A stretch of DNA of 64,000 bases from an uncultured Alphaproteobacteria bacterium (lineage in GTDB: Bacteria; Pseudomonadota; Alphaproteobacteria; Acetobacterales; Acetobacteraceae): NCBI GenBank assembly GCA_963829365.1, contig CAWHIH010000009.1, forward strand, positions 127,178-191,177, written 5' to 3'. Each line of letters opens with the position of its first letter. Within the stretch, counting starts at the first letter, position 1. Positions 40,999-52,637 of the stretch are shown piece after piece. The translations under genes were made by a program, and so were the position numbers. Below the pieces are notes generated by a model. It made no database searches. It was not told where the DNA came from and saw only the letters and a list, made by a program, of their open reading frames with translations.

Positions 40999-42065
40999 GG
41001 GGTGCTGTCCTGCAGCCGCGGATAGGTCGCCAGCGGGTTGTCCACCATGACCTTGCGCAGCAATGAGGGGGGGAAGCCGGGTGGGATGGCCTGGTCGGCC
41101 TCGAACTGCCAGTGCGGGTAGTCCGTGGCGAATAGCAGCAACTCGTCCGAGCCGAGCTGGTCCAGGATCTGCCCGACGATCGCCGGGTCGGGCGGCGTGT
41201 CGAAGGGCTGCATCGTCAGCCGCACATGGTCGCGGATGATCTCGGACGGCGGGCGCGCCACCCAGGGCACTTCCGTCCGCACGCCGCGCCAGGTCTTGAC
41301 GGCGCGCCACAGGAAATGCGGCAGCCAGGTCACGCCCAATTCCAGCAGCACGATGCGCAGCCCCGGGAACCGGACGAAGGTGCCTTCCGAGACCAGGCTG
41401 AGCAACTGGTCCTCGAAGACCTGGCTCTGGCTGACGTAGTCCTGCAGGTAGTGGGATGGCCAGCCATTGGAGGTGGGCGCGTGGCGGTACATGGAGCCGG
41501 CGTGCAGCCCCACCGGCAGGCCGTGCTTTTCCGCCGCCGCCCAGATCGGCCAGTAGTAGCTCTTGCCGTAGAGCATCTCGCCGGCCGCCGGCATCAGGAT
41601 CTGCACGAAGCGCCGGTCGCCGGCCAGCCGCTCGATCTCCTCCACCGCGAGGTGCGGCGCCTGGGCCGGCACCACGATGGAGGCGCGCAGCCTTGGGTCC
41701 TGCGCCAGCCATTCGGCGGCGATCCAGTCGTTGATGGCGCTGCAGATGGCCGCGCCCATGGTCTCGCTCACCGCCACCTGGCCGCCATAGAGCGTGTTGC
41801 AGATGGCGAAGCGCGTACCGAATACATCGAGCGCCTGCGACTGCAACAAGGCCATGTCGGTGCCGGGCTTGCCCGATTGCGGGCGCCAGTCCGGCCGGCA
41901 GGTGATGGGTGCGCCCGGCGGATAGCTGGCGAGGTCGAAGTCGTCTGCGCCACGCCGCACGAAGGCGTCCCGCCAGTGGTCGTCCATGTAGGGCAGCAGG
42001 GTGCGGATGCCCGGCACGCCCGGATGGATGTCGCAGTCGACGGAGCCACGGGTGATGGCGTTCAT
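40995..42065 (-). CDS. Amidohydrolase_2-fold protein, DxDxH type (putative dinuclear oxygenase subunit)
   Basis: VDCDIHP, AINDW, GLHAG, LLELG, TMQP, FATDYPHW. Confidence 0.85.
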   Translation of the reverse strand: MNAITRGSVDCDIHPGVPGIRTLLPYMDDHWRDAFVRRGADDFDLASYPPGAPITCRPDWRPQSGKPGTDMALLQSQALDVFGTRFAICNTLYGGQVAVSETMGAAICSAINDWIAAEWLAQDPRLRASIVVPAQAPHLAVEEIERLAGDRRFVQILMPAAGEMLYGKSYYWPIWAAAEKHGLPVGLHAGSMYRHAPTSNGWPSHYLQDYVSQSQVFEDQLLSLVSEGTFVRFPGLRIVLLELGVTWLPHFLWRAVKTWRGVRTEVPWVARPPSEIIRDHVRLTMQPFDTPPDPAIVGQILDQLGSDELLLFATDYPHWQFEADQAIPPGFPPSLLRKVMVDNPLATYPRLQDSTP

Positions 42066-43366
42066 CGCCCGATCCCCGCCCGGCGCAGGCTCCGCCGCCA
42101 ATCCCCCGCGAGGTCGTCGAGCGCGGCCTTGGCGGGCTTCTGCCCGAGCAGCGTCGCCGAGACGGCCGTGCGCAGGCCGATCTCAAGGGTGTTCCAGGCC
42201 GGGTGCGCCGGGGTGGGGATGCCGGTCTCGATGGCCTGCGCGGCAACGGGTGGCCAGCCCACGGTCGCCGCCAGATCGGGGTCGCGCAGGACGGAGCCGC
42301 GCGCGGGCGCGTTGCCGCGTTCCATGGACCGCCGCATCCAGTCCTTGCTGGTAGCCATGCGGATGAACTCCATCGACCAGTCCGCATTCGGCGTGTAGCG
42401 CGGCACCGACAGGAAATGCCCGTCGATCCAGGTGCGGCTCTGTTCCTTGGCGGTATGCCCCGGCACGACGTCCCAGGCCCATTGCCCGGCGGTGGTGGAA
42501 TTCGCCGGGTCGTTGATCAGCGTGCCGTAGGGCGCGAAGGTCTGCGCCATCACGTACCGGTCGCGTTGCCCGCCGGCGATGATCTCGTCGTATTCCCAGG
42601 TGGTGGCCTCGGGCGGGACGACCTTGTGCTTCGCCATCAGCGCCGAATAGAACTCCAGCGCCTCGATCGCCTTCGGCTCGTTGATGAAGATCTCGCCGGT
42701 CTTGAAGTCGGCCAGCCTGCCGCCGGTGGAGTACAGCCAGGAGGCGAAGCTCGTGTAGGTGCCCGAGCCCTGCTTGCCCATGATGCCGACGGCGTAGCGG
42801 TCCGGCGGGTTGTTCACCGCCAGCGCCACCTTCAGGAATTCCTCGAAGGTGCCGGGAGCCTCGTTGAAGCCGGCCTGGGCGAGGATCGGCTTCTGGTAGT
42901 GCAGGATGCCGGTGGTGATGCGGTAGGGGATGCCCGAGAGCTTGCCTTCGTAGCTCGCCGCCTGCTTGCTGCCCGCGAGAAAGTCGTCCCAATTGAAACC
43001 GGGGTCGCGCGTGGTGATCTTGGCGACCACCTCTTCATGGTCGAGCAGATGCGGCGCCATCCATCCCGCCATGCCGACCGACCATTGTGCGATGTCGATG
43101 CCGCTCGACTGGGCGCCGAGTTCGGCCCGCAGCCGGGCCCGCCAGGCATCGACCGGCAGCATGGTGAATTCCACCCGGATGCCGGTTTCCTTCTCGAAGG
43201 CGGGTGCCACCTCCTCCATCAGGGTGCGCTTCCAGCCACCCTGGTTCTCACCGATATAGACCAGCTTCTCCGGCCTGGATTGCGCGCGAAGGCTTCGGGG
43301 GGCGGCCAGGATGCTTCCCGTGGCCGCGGTGGCCTGCAGCAGTTGCCGTCGGTTCAATCGGCTCAT
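42062..43366 (-). CDS. CUT1-type ABC transporter substrate-binding protein (Tat signal)
   Basis: SRLNRRQLLQ signal; FEKETGIRVEF; SBP_bac_1-like. Confidence 0.85.
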   Translation of the reverse strand: MSRLNRRQLLQATAATGSILAAPRSLRAQSRPEKLVYIGENQGGWKRTLMEEVAPAFEKETGIRVEFTMLPVDAWRARLRAELGAQSSGIDIAQWSVGMAGWMAPHLLDHEEVVAKITTRDPGFNWDDFLAGSKQAASYEGKLSGIPYRITTGILHYQKPILAQAGFNEAPGTFEEFLKVALAVNNPPDRYAVGIMGKQGSGTYTSFASWLYSTGGRLADFKTGEIFINEPKAIEALEFYSALMAKHKVVPPEATTWEYDEIIAGGQRDRYVMAQTFAPYGTLINDPANSTTAGQWAWDVVPGHTAKEQSRTWIDGHFLSVPRYTPNADWSMEFIRMATSKDWMRRSMERGNAPARGSVLRDPDLAATVGWPPVAAQAIETGIPTPAHPAWNTLEIGLRTAVSATLLGQKPAKAALDDLAGDWRRSLRRAGIGR

Positions 43367-43404
43367 GGCGTTTCCTCCCGATCTTCTTGTTGGCTGGACG
43401 TCCT

Positions 43405-44253
43405 TCATCCCTTGACCGCACCGGACGAAAGCCCGGCAACCAGATGACGCTGTGCCGCGAAGGAGAAAATGATCACCGGCAGGATCACCAGCATGCCGGA
43501 TGCTGTCATCGCCCCCCAGTCCACGCCGGAATCGCCACCCGAGAAGCCGGCCATCAGCACCGGCAGCGTCTGGGTGTTGTTGTTGGTCAGCACGGCCGCG
43601 AACAGGAAATCGTTCCAGGCAAGCTGCAGGCACAGGATGCTGGCGGCCACCATGCCCGGCCGCGCCAGTGGCAGTACGACGCGCAGGAAGGCGGTATAGC
43701 GGGTTGCACCGTCGATCCAGGCGCATTCCTCGACTTCCGGTGGAAGGTCCTCGAAGAAGCCCCGCATGATCCACACCACCAGCGGCAGGCTGAAGGTGCT
43801 GTAGGCGAGCACGACGCTGAGATGGGTGGTGGTCAGCCCGAGCTTGCTGAACAGCACGTACATCGGCACCAGCACAGCAATCGGCGGCAGCATGCGCATG
43901 ACCAGCAGGGTGAAGAACAGGAAGGACCGGCCACGGAAGGGAAACCGGGCGAAGGCATAGGCCGCCGGCACACCGACGCAGAGCGAGAGCAGCACCGCGC
44001 TGGATGAGACGATCAGCGTATTGAGGAACGCCTTCAGGAAATCGGCACGCCCCAGCACATCCGCATAGTGCTCGAAGGTCGGCCACCACAGGAACAGCGG
44101 CGGATCGGCGAAGATCTGTGGCCGGGTCTTCAGGGAAAGGCCGAAGATCCACAGCAGCGGGAACAGGAAGGCGATGGTGAGAAAAATGAGCGCCAGGTAG
44201 ACCAGCCCGGCCTCGATGCGCCTGGTGCGGCGTGATCCGACAACGGCGGCCAT
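43405..44253 (-). CDS. Carbohydrate ABC transporter permease (MalG-like)
   Basis: EECAWIDGA (EAA loop), WNDFLFA, QRHLVAGLSSGAVKG. Confidence 0.92.
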   Translation of the reverse strand: MAAVVGSRRTRRIEAGLVYLALIFLTIAFLFPLLWIFGLSLKTRPQIFADPPLFLWWPTFEHYADVLGRADFLKAFLNTLIVSSSAVLLSLCVGVPAAYAFARFPFRGRSFLFFTLLVMRMLPPIAVLVPMYVLFSKLGLTTTHLSVVLAYSTFSLPLVVWIMRGFFEDLPPEVEECAWIDGATRYTAFLRVVLPLARPGMVAASILCLQLAWNDFLFAAVLTNNNTQTLPVLMAGFSGGDSGVDWGAMTASGMLVILPVIIFSFAAQRHLVAGLSSGAVKG

Positions 44254-45191
44254 CAGTAGACATCCCTGCGGCGGATGATCGCGATGAAGAACAGGCACAT
44301 CAGCATCGACAGCACCAGCATCACCCAGGATGCGGCGGCGCCCAGACTGAAGTCGAACTGCACGAAGGAGATGAGGTAGGTGTACATCGACAGCACCATG
44401 GTCGAATCGGCAGGGCCCCCGCCGGTCATGGCATAGACGTTGTCGAAGGCCCGGAACTCGAAGATCGTGCGCAGCAGCAGGGCCACCAGCAGGTAGGGCC
44501 GCAGCAGCGGCAGGGTGACATGGCGGAACATCTGCCAGCGGCTGGCGCCGTCGATCGCGGCGGCCTCGCCCGGCTCGCTCGGCAGCGAGCGCAGCCCGGC
44601 GAGCAGGATCAGCGCCACATAGGGCGTGCTGTGCCAGACATTCACCAGCCAGACCGCGGCCAGCGCCGTGCCGGGCATGCCGAGCCAGACGATCCGCTCG
44701 CCGATGAAGTAGTTGATGACGCCATGCGTCGGGTCCAGCAGCAGCTTCCAGCACAGCGCGCCGACGATGGGCGTGATCATCATCGGCACGATCAGCGCGG
44801 TGCGGAAGGCCCGCATGAACGGCAGGTCGACATTCAGCAGCATGGCAATGGACAGCCCGAGCGCCAGCTGTGCGGCGACCGCCGCGGCAGTGAAGCCGAA
44901 GGTGATCCCCAGGCTGCCGATGAACACCGGGTCGGCGAGCAGGTCCTGGTAGTTCGCCAGCCCGACGAAGCTGCCGCCCAGCAGGTTCTGCGACAAGGAC
45001 CAGCCGGTGAAGCTCAGGTAGAAGGAGAACAGCAGCGGCAGGCCGAAGATGCCCAGCATGATCAGGAGCGTCGGGGCCAGGGTGGCATGGAGGAAGTAGC
45101 GGTCGAGCGAGATGCGGCTGAGCCTGCCAATCGCCGGGGCCGCCGCGGCCACCGCCAGCGGATGCGGAACGGTTCTGGTGCCTTCGCTCAT
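44253..45191 (-). CDS. Carbohydrate ABC transporter permease (MalF-like)
   Basis: FVGLANY, EAAAIDGAS, TLPLLRP, MTGGGP. Confidence 0.92.
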   Translation of the reverse strand: MSEGTRTVPHPLAVAAAAPAIGRLSRISLDRYFLHATLAPTLLIMLGIFGLPLLFSFYLSFTGWSLSQNLLGGSFVGLANYQDLLADPVFIGSLGITFGFTAAAVAAQLALGLSIAMLLNVDLPFMRAFRTALIVPMMITPIVGALCWKLLLDPTHGVINYFIGERIVWLGMPGTALAAVWLVNVWHSTPYVALILLAGLRSLPSEPGEAAAIDGASRWQMFRHVTLPLLRPYLLVALLLRTIFEFRAFDNVYAMTGGGPADSTMVLSMYTYLISFVQFDFSLGAAASWVMLVLSMLMCLFFIAIIRRRDVY

Positions 45192-45267
45192 GTCTCCTCC
45201 CGATCCGCGCCCTTCTTGCTTGCCGGGGCGCATTATCCGCCGCGTGGTGGCGGCCTAGGCAGAGGCG

Positions 45268-45681
45268 TCAAAGCTCGACGACGAGATAGTCCTCCTCGAG
45301 GGATACGGCGACCGTCTCGGCGACATAGGGACCCTTCACCAGCGAAGTCCCGGGCGCCACCTCGACCGGGTACTGCCTCGCCTTGATGCGGGACGGCTCG
45401 CACCAGGACTGGCCGGTGCGGATATCGAATTCCCAGCCATGCCAGGGGCAGCGGATGATCTCGCCGGGCCGCGACATCCGGTACTCGCCGGGTTGCTCCG
45501 CGGTCACCAGGCCGGTCAACTCACCCTCGCACAGGCCGGCGCCCTGGTGGGGACACCGGTTGATCAGCGCAAAGAAGTCGCCGCCGAGATTGAAGACGGC
45601 GATAGGCCGGCCCTTGATGGTCACCAGCTTGCGGCTGCCAGGGGGCAGTTCGGCAACAGGCGCAACGACGTGCTTGCTCAT
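45268..45681 (-). CDS. Rieske [2Fe-2S] ferredoxin
   Basis: NRCPHQG ... CPWHGWEFDIRTG. Confidence 0.92.
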   Translation of the reverse strand: MSKHVVAPVAELPPGSRKLVTIKGRPIAVFNLGGDFFALINRCPHQGAGLCEGELTGLVTAEQPGEYRMSRPGEIIRCPWHGWEFDIRTGQSWCEPSRIKARQYPVEVAPGTSLVKGPYVAETVAVSLEEDYLVVEL

Positions 45682-45816
45682 CCGGAATGCTCCGATGCGG
45701 CACGATAGCCAGCTATCCTAACGATGGCGCCGCCGCTTCCGCAATCCGCAAATGTGTCGCTGACCATGCGCAACAAGCTCGTGATCCCCTACCGCCCCGG
45801 CTTGGGTTGCTGCCTG

Positions 45817-47438
45817 TCAGGCCGCCGCATCCTCCAGGATCATCGCCGCAGCCTTTTCACCGATCATGATGGACGGCGCGTTGGTATTCCCGGCAACGAC
45901 CGAGGGCATGATCGAAGCATCGGCTACCCGCAGCCCGCCGATGCCATGTACCCGCAGGCGCGGGTCGACCACGCTGTTGCTGCCGGTTCCCATCGCGCAA
46001 CTGCTGGACGGGTGATGGTTGGTGGTGCCGGTGCGGCGAAAGAAGCTTTCCATGTCGGCCTCGGTCTCCGCGCCTGGACCAGGCACCAGCTCCTCCATGA
46101 CATAGGGCCGCATCGCCGGCTGGGCCACGATGCTTCGTGCCAGCGTCATCCCCGCCACCATGGCCCGCCTGTCGTAGTCGGAGGTGAGGAAGCCGAAGGT
46201 TATCGCCGGTGGTGCCAGCGGGTCGGGGCTGGCCAGCCGCACCGTGCCACGGCCATCCGGTGCCAGATGCACCAGCCCGAGGGTGAAGCCGGAGAAGGGA
46301 TGCGGCGTCACCCGGTCCCGGGATCGCTCCAGGGTGCTCCATTCCATCAGGTTGATCTGCAGATCGGGCCGCTCCAGGCGGTCATCCGAGCGGGCGAACA
46401 CGCCAGCGCGGATGCCGTTCACCGCCATCGGCCCGTCACGCAACAATGCGTACCGCAGCGCCGCGACGATCTTGCGCGGCCAGCTGTTCTCAAGATCGTT
46501 CAGCGTTATCGGCTGGGCGCAGCGCCACATCAGGTAGGTGCAGAAATGGTCGTGCAGGTTGGCGCCCACCGCGGGCATGTCCCGCACGACCTCCACCCCC
46601 ATCTCCTGCAGGTGGCTGGCCGGACCGAGGCCCGACAGTTGCAGCAGCTGTGGCGAACCATAGGCCCCGCCGCAGACGATGACTTCCAGCCGCGCCCGCG
46701 CCTGCTGCCGGCCGCGCGGCGACTGGTACTCGACCCCGACCGCGCGCCCCTCCTCGATCAGCACGCGCGTCGCCTGGCACAGGGTGCGGATCTGCAGGTT
46801 TGGCCGTGCCGCGGCCGGGGTCAGGTAGGCCCGGGCGGAACTCCAGCGGCGGCGGTTGCCGGTGGTGGTCTGGTAGTAGCCCGCGCCTTCCTGTTGCGCG
46901 CCGTTGAAATCCGGATTGCGTTGCAGTGCCCACCTGCCCGGCCGCGACGATCATCGCTTCGGAAAGCGCCGAGTTGCCCGGCTGGTCGGCGACGTTCAGC
47001 GGCCCGCCAGTGCCGTGGAAGGCGCAGGCGCCGCGCTCCTGGTTCTGCGCCTTCCTGAAATAGGGCAGCACCGAATCCCAGTCCCAGCCGACGCAGCCGC
47101 GCTGGCGCCAATCGTCATAGTCGCGCGGGTTGCCGCGGATGTAGACCATGCCGTTGATCGAGCTGGTGCCGCCCAGCGTCTTGCCGCGCGGCACATAGAG
47201 CCGCCGGCCATCCAGTTCCGGATGCGGCGCGCTTTCGAATTTCCAGTTCACCCTCGGGATTGACGTAGGTCTTGGAGAAGCCCAGCGGAATGTGGATCCA
47301 GGGATTGCGGTCCGGCGGTCCGGCTTCCAGCAGCAGCACCCGGTGCCGGCCGTTCTCCGACAGGCGGGACGCCACCACCGCGCCGGCCGAGCCGGCACCC
47401 GCGACCACGAAATCGAATGTCTCCGGATCGTCCGCCAT
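45817..47438 (-). CDS. GMC-family oxidoreductase (choline dehydrogenase-like; frameshifts)
   Basis: [60 protein letters not shown]. Confidence 0.88.
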
Positions 47439-47469
47439 CCCCACCTCATCATCCTGCCGGCTGCCCGGG

Positions 47470-48275
47470 CGTTGATTGTCCAGCCACATGGTATCCATCC
47501 GGACCACGTCGTAGATGCCGGAATACTCCTCCGGCATGTGGCCTTTCACATAATCATACCAGCCATCGTTGATCTTCTTCCAGGAGACCGGCAGCACCAA
47601 TAGTTCTGCGACCCGCCGTCCTTGTACCAGGCGTTGAAGTAGTCGGACGGATCGACCAGGGTGGAGACGTCCGCGCCGGTCGGCAGGCCGACATTGCCGG
47701 AACGGACATCGTCGAACCACACGGATTCAACGACGGCCCGCAACCTGCACTCGATGTTGAGCCTCTGTTGCATCATTGCCTGGATCGCAGGCGCCCATAG
47801 CTTGAAGGTGGCCACATCGCGGATGACGAAGCCGAGGCCACGGATGCCGCCGCCATCAATGCGCGTGCCTCGCGGATCGCCGCCGCCGGGTCTTCCTGGT
47901 AGCCGAGCCGGCCGGACAGCTCCTCGCGCGGGGCGGCAAATTCGGAGAAGGGGTAGATGAAGCCGCCGACCATGCATGGGCGCCACATCCTTCACCACCT
48001 CGACCAGTACCGCCTTGTCCAACACCGGATGCATGGCGCGGCGCACGCGCGGATCATCGAGCGGCTTCTTCCTGGCGGTGACCCAGGTTGCCTGGATGAC
48101 GCTCTGGTAGAAGTCGGTGCCGGACATGCCGGGTGTCCGCTTCACCCGCTGCTGCGGGATCGGGTCCAGCAGCCGGGCATAATCGACCCGGCCGGACAGC
48201 TGCGCCGAGCCAAGCTCGGGCGAGAAGGGCAGGGCATGGTAGAACTCGATGCCGTCCAGGCAGGGCAGCACCTTG
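47470..48275 (-). pseudogene. C-terminal remnant of a peptide/nickel-type (family 5) ABC substrate-binding protein
   Basis: [36 protein letters not shown]; N-terminal half missing, internal breaks. Confidence 0.65.
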
Positions 48276-48437
48276 TTAGTGAACGCGCTGCACCTCGGTC
48301 AGCCGGGTGAAGCCATCGGGGCCGAAGATGGCGACGAGCGGGTCCCCCGGCAGGATGCGCATGATGAAGACGACGACGGACACGCCCGGCACCATCAGGG
48401 CCCCGAACATCAGGCGCCGGACCATGTAGCCGATCAT
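48276..48437 (-). pseudogene. Truncated N-terminus of DppB-like ABC permease
   Basis: MIGYMVRRLMFGALMVPGVSVVVFIMRILPGDPLVAIFG...* (53 aa), directly abutting the SBP remnant. Confidence 0.65.
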
Positions 48438-48601
48438 GCTTGTGGAACCGGCATGGTCATGCCGTCACAGCCGCGCGCCGTTCGCACGCCATGGTGTTGT
48501 CCTCCCGCGCCGCAGCGCTATGCCGCTGCCACTTGCCCCGGCGGCGGCGGCGCTGCATCCATACCCCCACGACCCGTATCCGGCAGCAAGGCGACAGGGT
48601 T

Positions 48602-48620
48602 ATTGCGACTGAATCGCATT
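48602..48620. promoter_or_regulatory. Putative Fur-type iron box
   Basis: ATTGCGACTGAATCGCATT (TGCGA-N5-TCGCA palindrome) upstream of the imelysin operon. Confidence 0.7.
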
Positions 48621-48762
48621 TGCTGTATGCGACAGGTCCGCTCCGCCCGTACCGGGCTGCCTATGGAACCCCATGATGCCGGATGAACAGCTGGCCATCC
48701 GCCGCCCCGCCCCCGTCCCCGCGCAGGCGGAACCTCATCCAGCCCACAGGGGAATCCAGCCC

Positions 48763-50037
<1,275 letters not shown>

Positions 50038-50041
<4 letters not shown>

Positions 50042-51567
50042 CGCGCGTCCCTGATCGCCGCGATCCCCGGCCTCGCGCTGCTGGCCTGCCGCCCTGGTCG
50101 GCTCGCTGCTCGGCCGGCGCCGGCGCGTGCGCCCGCCGCCGATGAGGCCGCGCGCGGGCCGCGACTGCGCCGACGACCGACTTCGCCCGGCCGAGCGTTC
50201 GAGGCCGCCCGGCGGCGCCGCCACGCCGCCGGGCCGCCAACGCGACGCCTTCTCGCAGCCCTCGGCCAACCTGTCCTTCGAGCGGCGAGCTCGACTTCAA
50301 GGTCGGCGACGGCTTCTTCCGCAGGCTCTGGGTCTCGGCCCCCGCCTCGACCCGCAGCCGTCGGACGGGCTCGGGCCGCTGTACAACGCCCGCGCCTGCC
50401 AGACCTGCCACCTCAAGGACGGCCGCGGCCAGCCGCCGGCGGGCCGGGCGAGGCGGCGTCTCGCTGTTCCTGCGGCTGTCCGTGCCGCCGCGCGACGCCG
50501 CCGAGCAGGCCGCGCTGGCGCAGCGCCGCATGCCCGCGATCGCGCCGAGCCGACCTACGGCGGCCAGCTCCAGACCTTCGGCGTCCCGGGCCATCCGGCC
50601 GAGGGCCGGATGGTGATCGACTGGACCGAGTTCGCCGGTGCCGCTCGACGGTCGGCGAGGCCGCGCCGCCTGCGCCGCCCGGCCTACGCGCATCGACGGA
50701 CCTCGGCTACGGCCCGCTTGCACCCGGACTTGATGATCTCGCCCCGCGTCGCCCCGCCGATGATCGGCCTCGGCCTGCTCGAGGCGATCCCCGCGGCCGA
50801 CATCCTGGCCGGCGCCGACCCCGACGACCCGACGGCGACGGCATCTCGGGCCGCGCCGACGAGGTCTGGAGCGGCCGAGCACGGCCGGCCTGATGCTCGG
50901 CCGCTTCGGCTGGAAGGCGGCAAGCCGACCGATCGGCGACCAGGCGGCCGACGCCTTCGCCGGCGACATCGGCATCTCCACGCCGGCTGCACCGCAGCGG
51001 CTGCGGCGACTGCACCGCGGCGCAGGCCGCCTGCCGCAGCCGCGCCCGACGGCGCCGACGCGCCGGAGGACGTCGAGGTGCCGACGCCAGCTGCTCGACC
51101 TGGTCGTGTTCTACGCCCGCAACCTCGGCGGTGCCGGCCCGCCGCGACGTCGACGACGCCGAGGTGCTGCGCGGCAAGGCGCTGTTCTACGCCGCCGGCT
51201 GCGCCGCCTGCCACCGCCCAAGCTTCGTCACCGGCGCGGCTGCCGGGCGCGCCCGAGCATTCGCGGCCAGCTGCATCTGGCCCTATACCGACCTGCTGCT
51301 GCACGACATGGGCGAGGGCCTGGCCGACGACCGGCCGGAGGGCGATGCCGATCGGCCGCGAATGGCGCACGCCGCCGCTCTGGGGCATCGGCCTGCACCG
51401 CAGACGGTCAGCGGGCATACGCAACTTCCTGCATGACGGCCGGGCCCGCAGCCTGCTCGAGGCGATCCTCTGGCATGGCGGCGAGGCGCAGGCGGCCCGC
51501 GACGCGGTTGCCGCGCATGTGCCCCGCCGACCGCGCCGCCCTGATCGCCTTCCTGGAGAGCCTGTGA
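50038..51567 (+). CDS. Di-heme oxidoreductase (DUF1111) family protein (many frameshifts)
   Basis: DGLGPLYNARACQTCH, PPMIGLGLLEAI, GRFGWKA, GCAACH, YTDLLLHDMG, WRTPPLWGIG, LHDGRARS. Confidence 0.85.
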
Positions 51568-52637
51568 TGATCTCCCGCCGCCTGATCCTGGCCACCCTCT
51601 GCCTGCCCGCCGTCGCACGCGCCCAGGACAGCGAAGCGGCCCGGCGCCATGCCATCCGGCAGATGGTGGCGGGGCAGATCCTGCCCGGCCACGCGGGGTT
51701 CGCCGCCGCCACCGCGCGCTTCGCCGCCGCGACCCGGCTGCTGGAAACCGAGGCGGATGCGGCCCATGCGGATGCGGCGCGCGCGGCCTGGACCGGCAGC
51801 GCCATCGCCTTCCAGCGCATCCGCCACCTGCGCTTCGGGCCGATGGACGCCTTCGACCGTGCCTTCCGGATCGCCTTCTTCCCTGACCCGCGCAACAGCA
51901 TCGGCCGGGAAATGACGGAGCTGCTGCGCGAGGCCGACCCCGCCAGCATCACCGAGGAAGCCTTCCAGCGCGGCCGGATCGCGGCGCAGGGGCTGCCCGC
52001 GGCCGAGCGGCTGCTGTTCGGCGCCGAGGCGCCCCGGTTGCTCGCCCCCGACGAGGGTTTCCGCCGCAGCCTGCTGGCCGCCATCGGCCGCAACCTGGCC
52101 ACCATCGGGCAGGCACTGGAAGCGGGCTGGACGCATGGCGACCCGCCCTATGGCCAGGTGCTGGAAGGCGCGCCGGGCACCGCCTACCGCGACCCCAGCG
52201 AGGGGCTGCTGGTGCTGTTCAAGTCGTTGCATGGCGGCCTCGAATTCCTGGCCGAGCGGCAGGTCGCGCGGGTGCTCGGCGCCTCCGCCCAGGCGGCGCG
52301 GCCACGCAGCGCCGAGGCCTGGCGCAGCGGCGAATCGCTGGCACTCATCCGCGCCTCGCTGGCGGCGCTGGCGGAGCTGCACCGGCTCGGCTTCGATCCG
52401 CTGCTGCGCGCCGCCGACCCCGAACTGGCGCGCGAGATCGCCGGGGGATTCGCCGAGGCCGCCGCCGCCGGCGCCGCCATCATGCCGGGGCTGGAGGAGG
52501 CAGTCGGGCAACCCGCCGGCCGTGCCGCCGTCGAGGCGTTGCTGCAACCGCTCGGCAAGCTGCGGCGGCTGCTGACCGAGCGTGCGGCGCCGGCCATAGG
52601 CATACCGGTCGGCTTCAATTCCATGGATGGGGACTGA
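51567..52637 (+). CDS. Imelysin-family protein
   Basis: SRR signal, FFPDPR, QGLPAAERLLF, C-terminal GFNSMDGD. Confidence 0.85.
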   Translation: MISRRLILATLCLPAVARAQDSEAARRHAIRQMVAGQILPGHAGFAAATARFAAATRLLETEADAAHADAARAAWTGSAIAFQRIRHLRFGPMDAFDRAFRIAFFPDPRNSIGREMTELLREADPASITEEAFQRGRIAAQGLPAAERLLFGAEAPRLLAPDEGFRRSLLAAIGRNLATIGQALEAGWTHGDPPYGQVLEGAPGTAYRDPSEGLLVLFKSLHGGLEFLAERQVARVLGASAQAARPRSAEAWRSGESLALIRASLAALAELHRLGFDPLLRAADPELAREIAGGFAEAAAAGAAIMPGLEEAVGQPAGRAAVEALLQPLGKLRRLLTERAAPAIGIPVGFNSMDGD

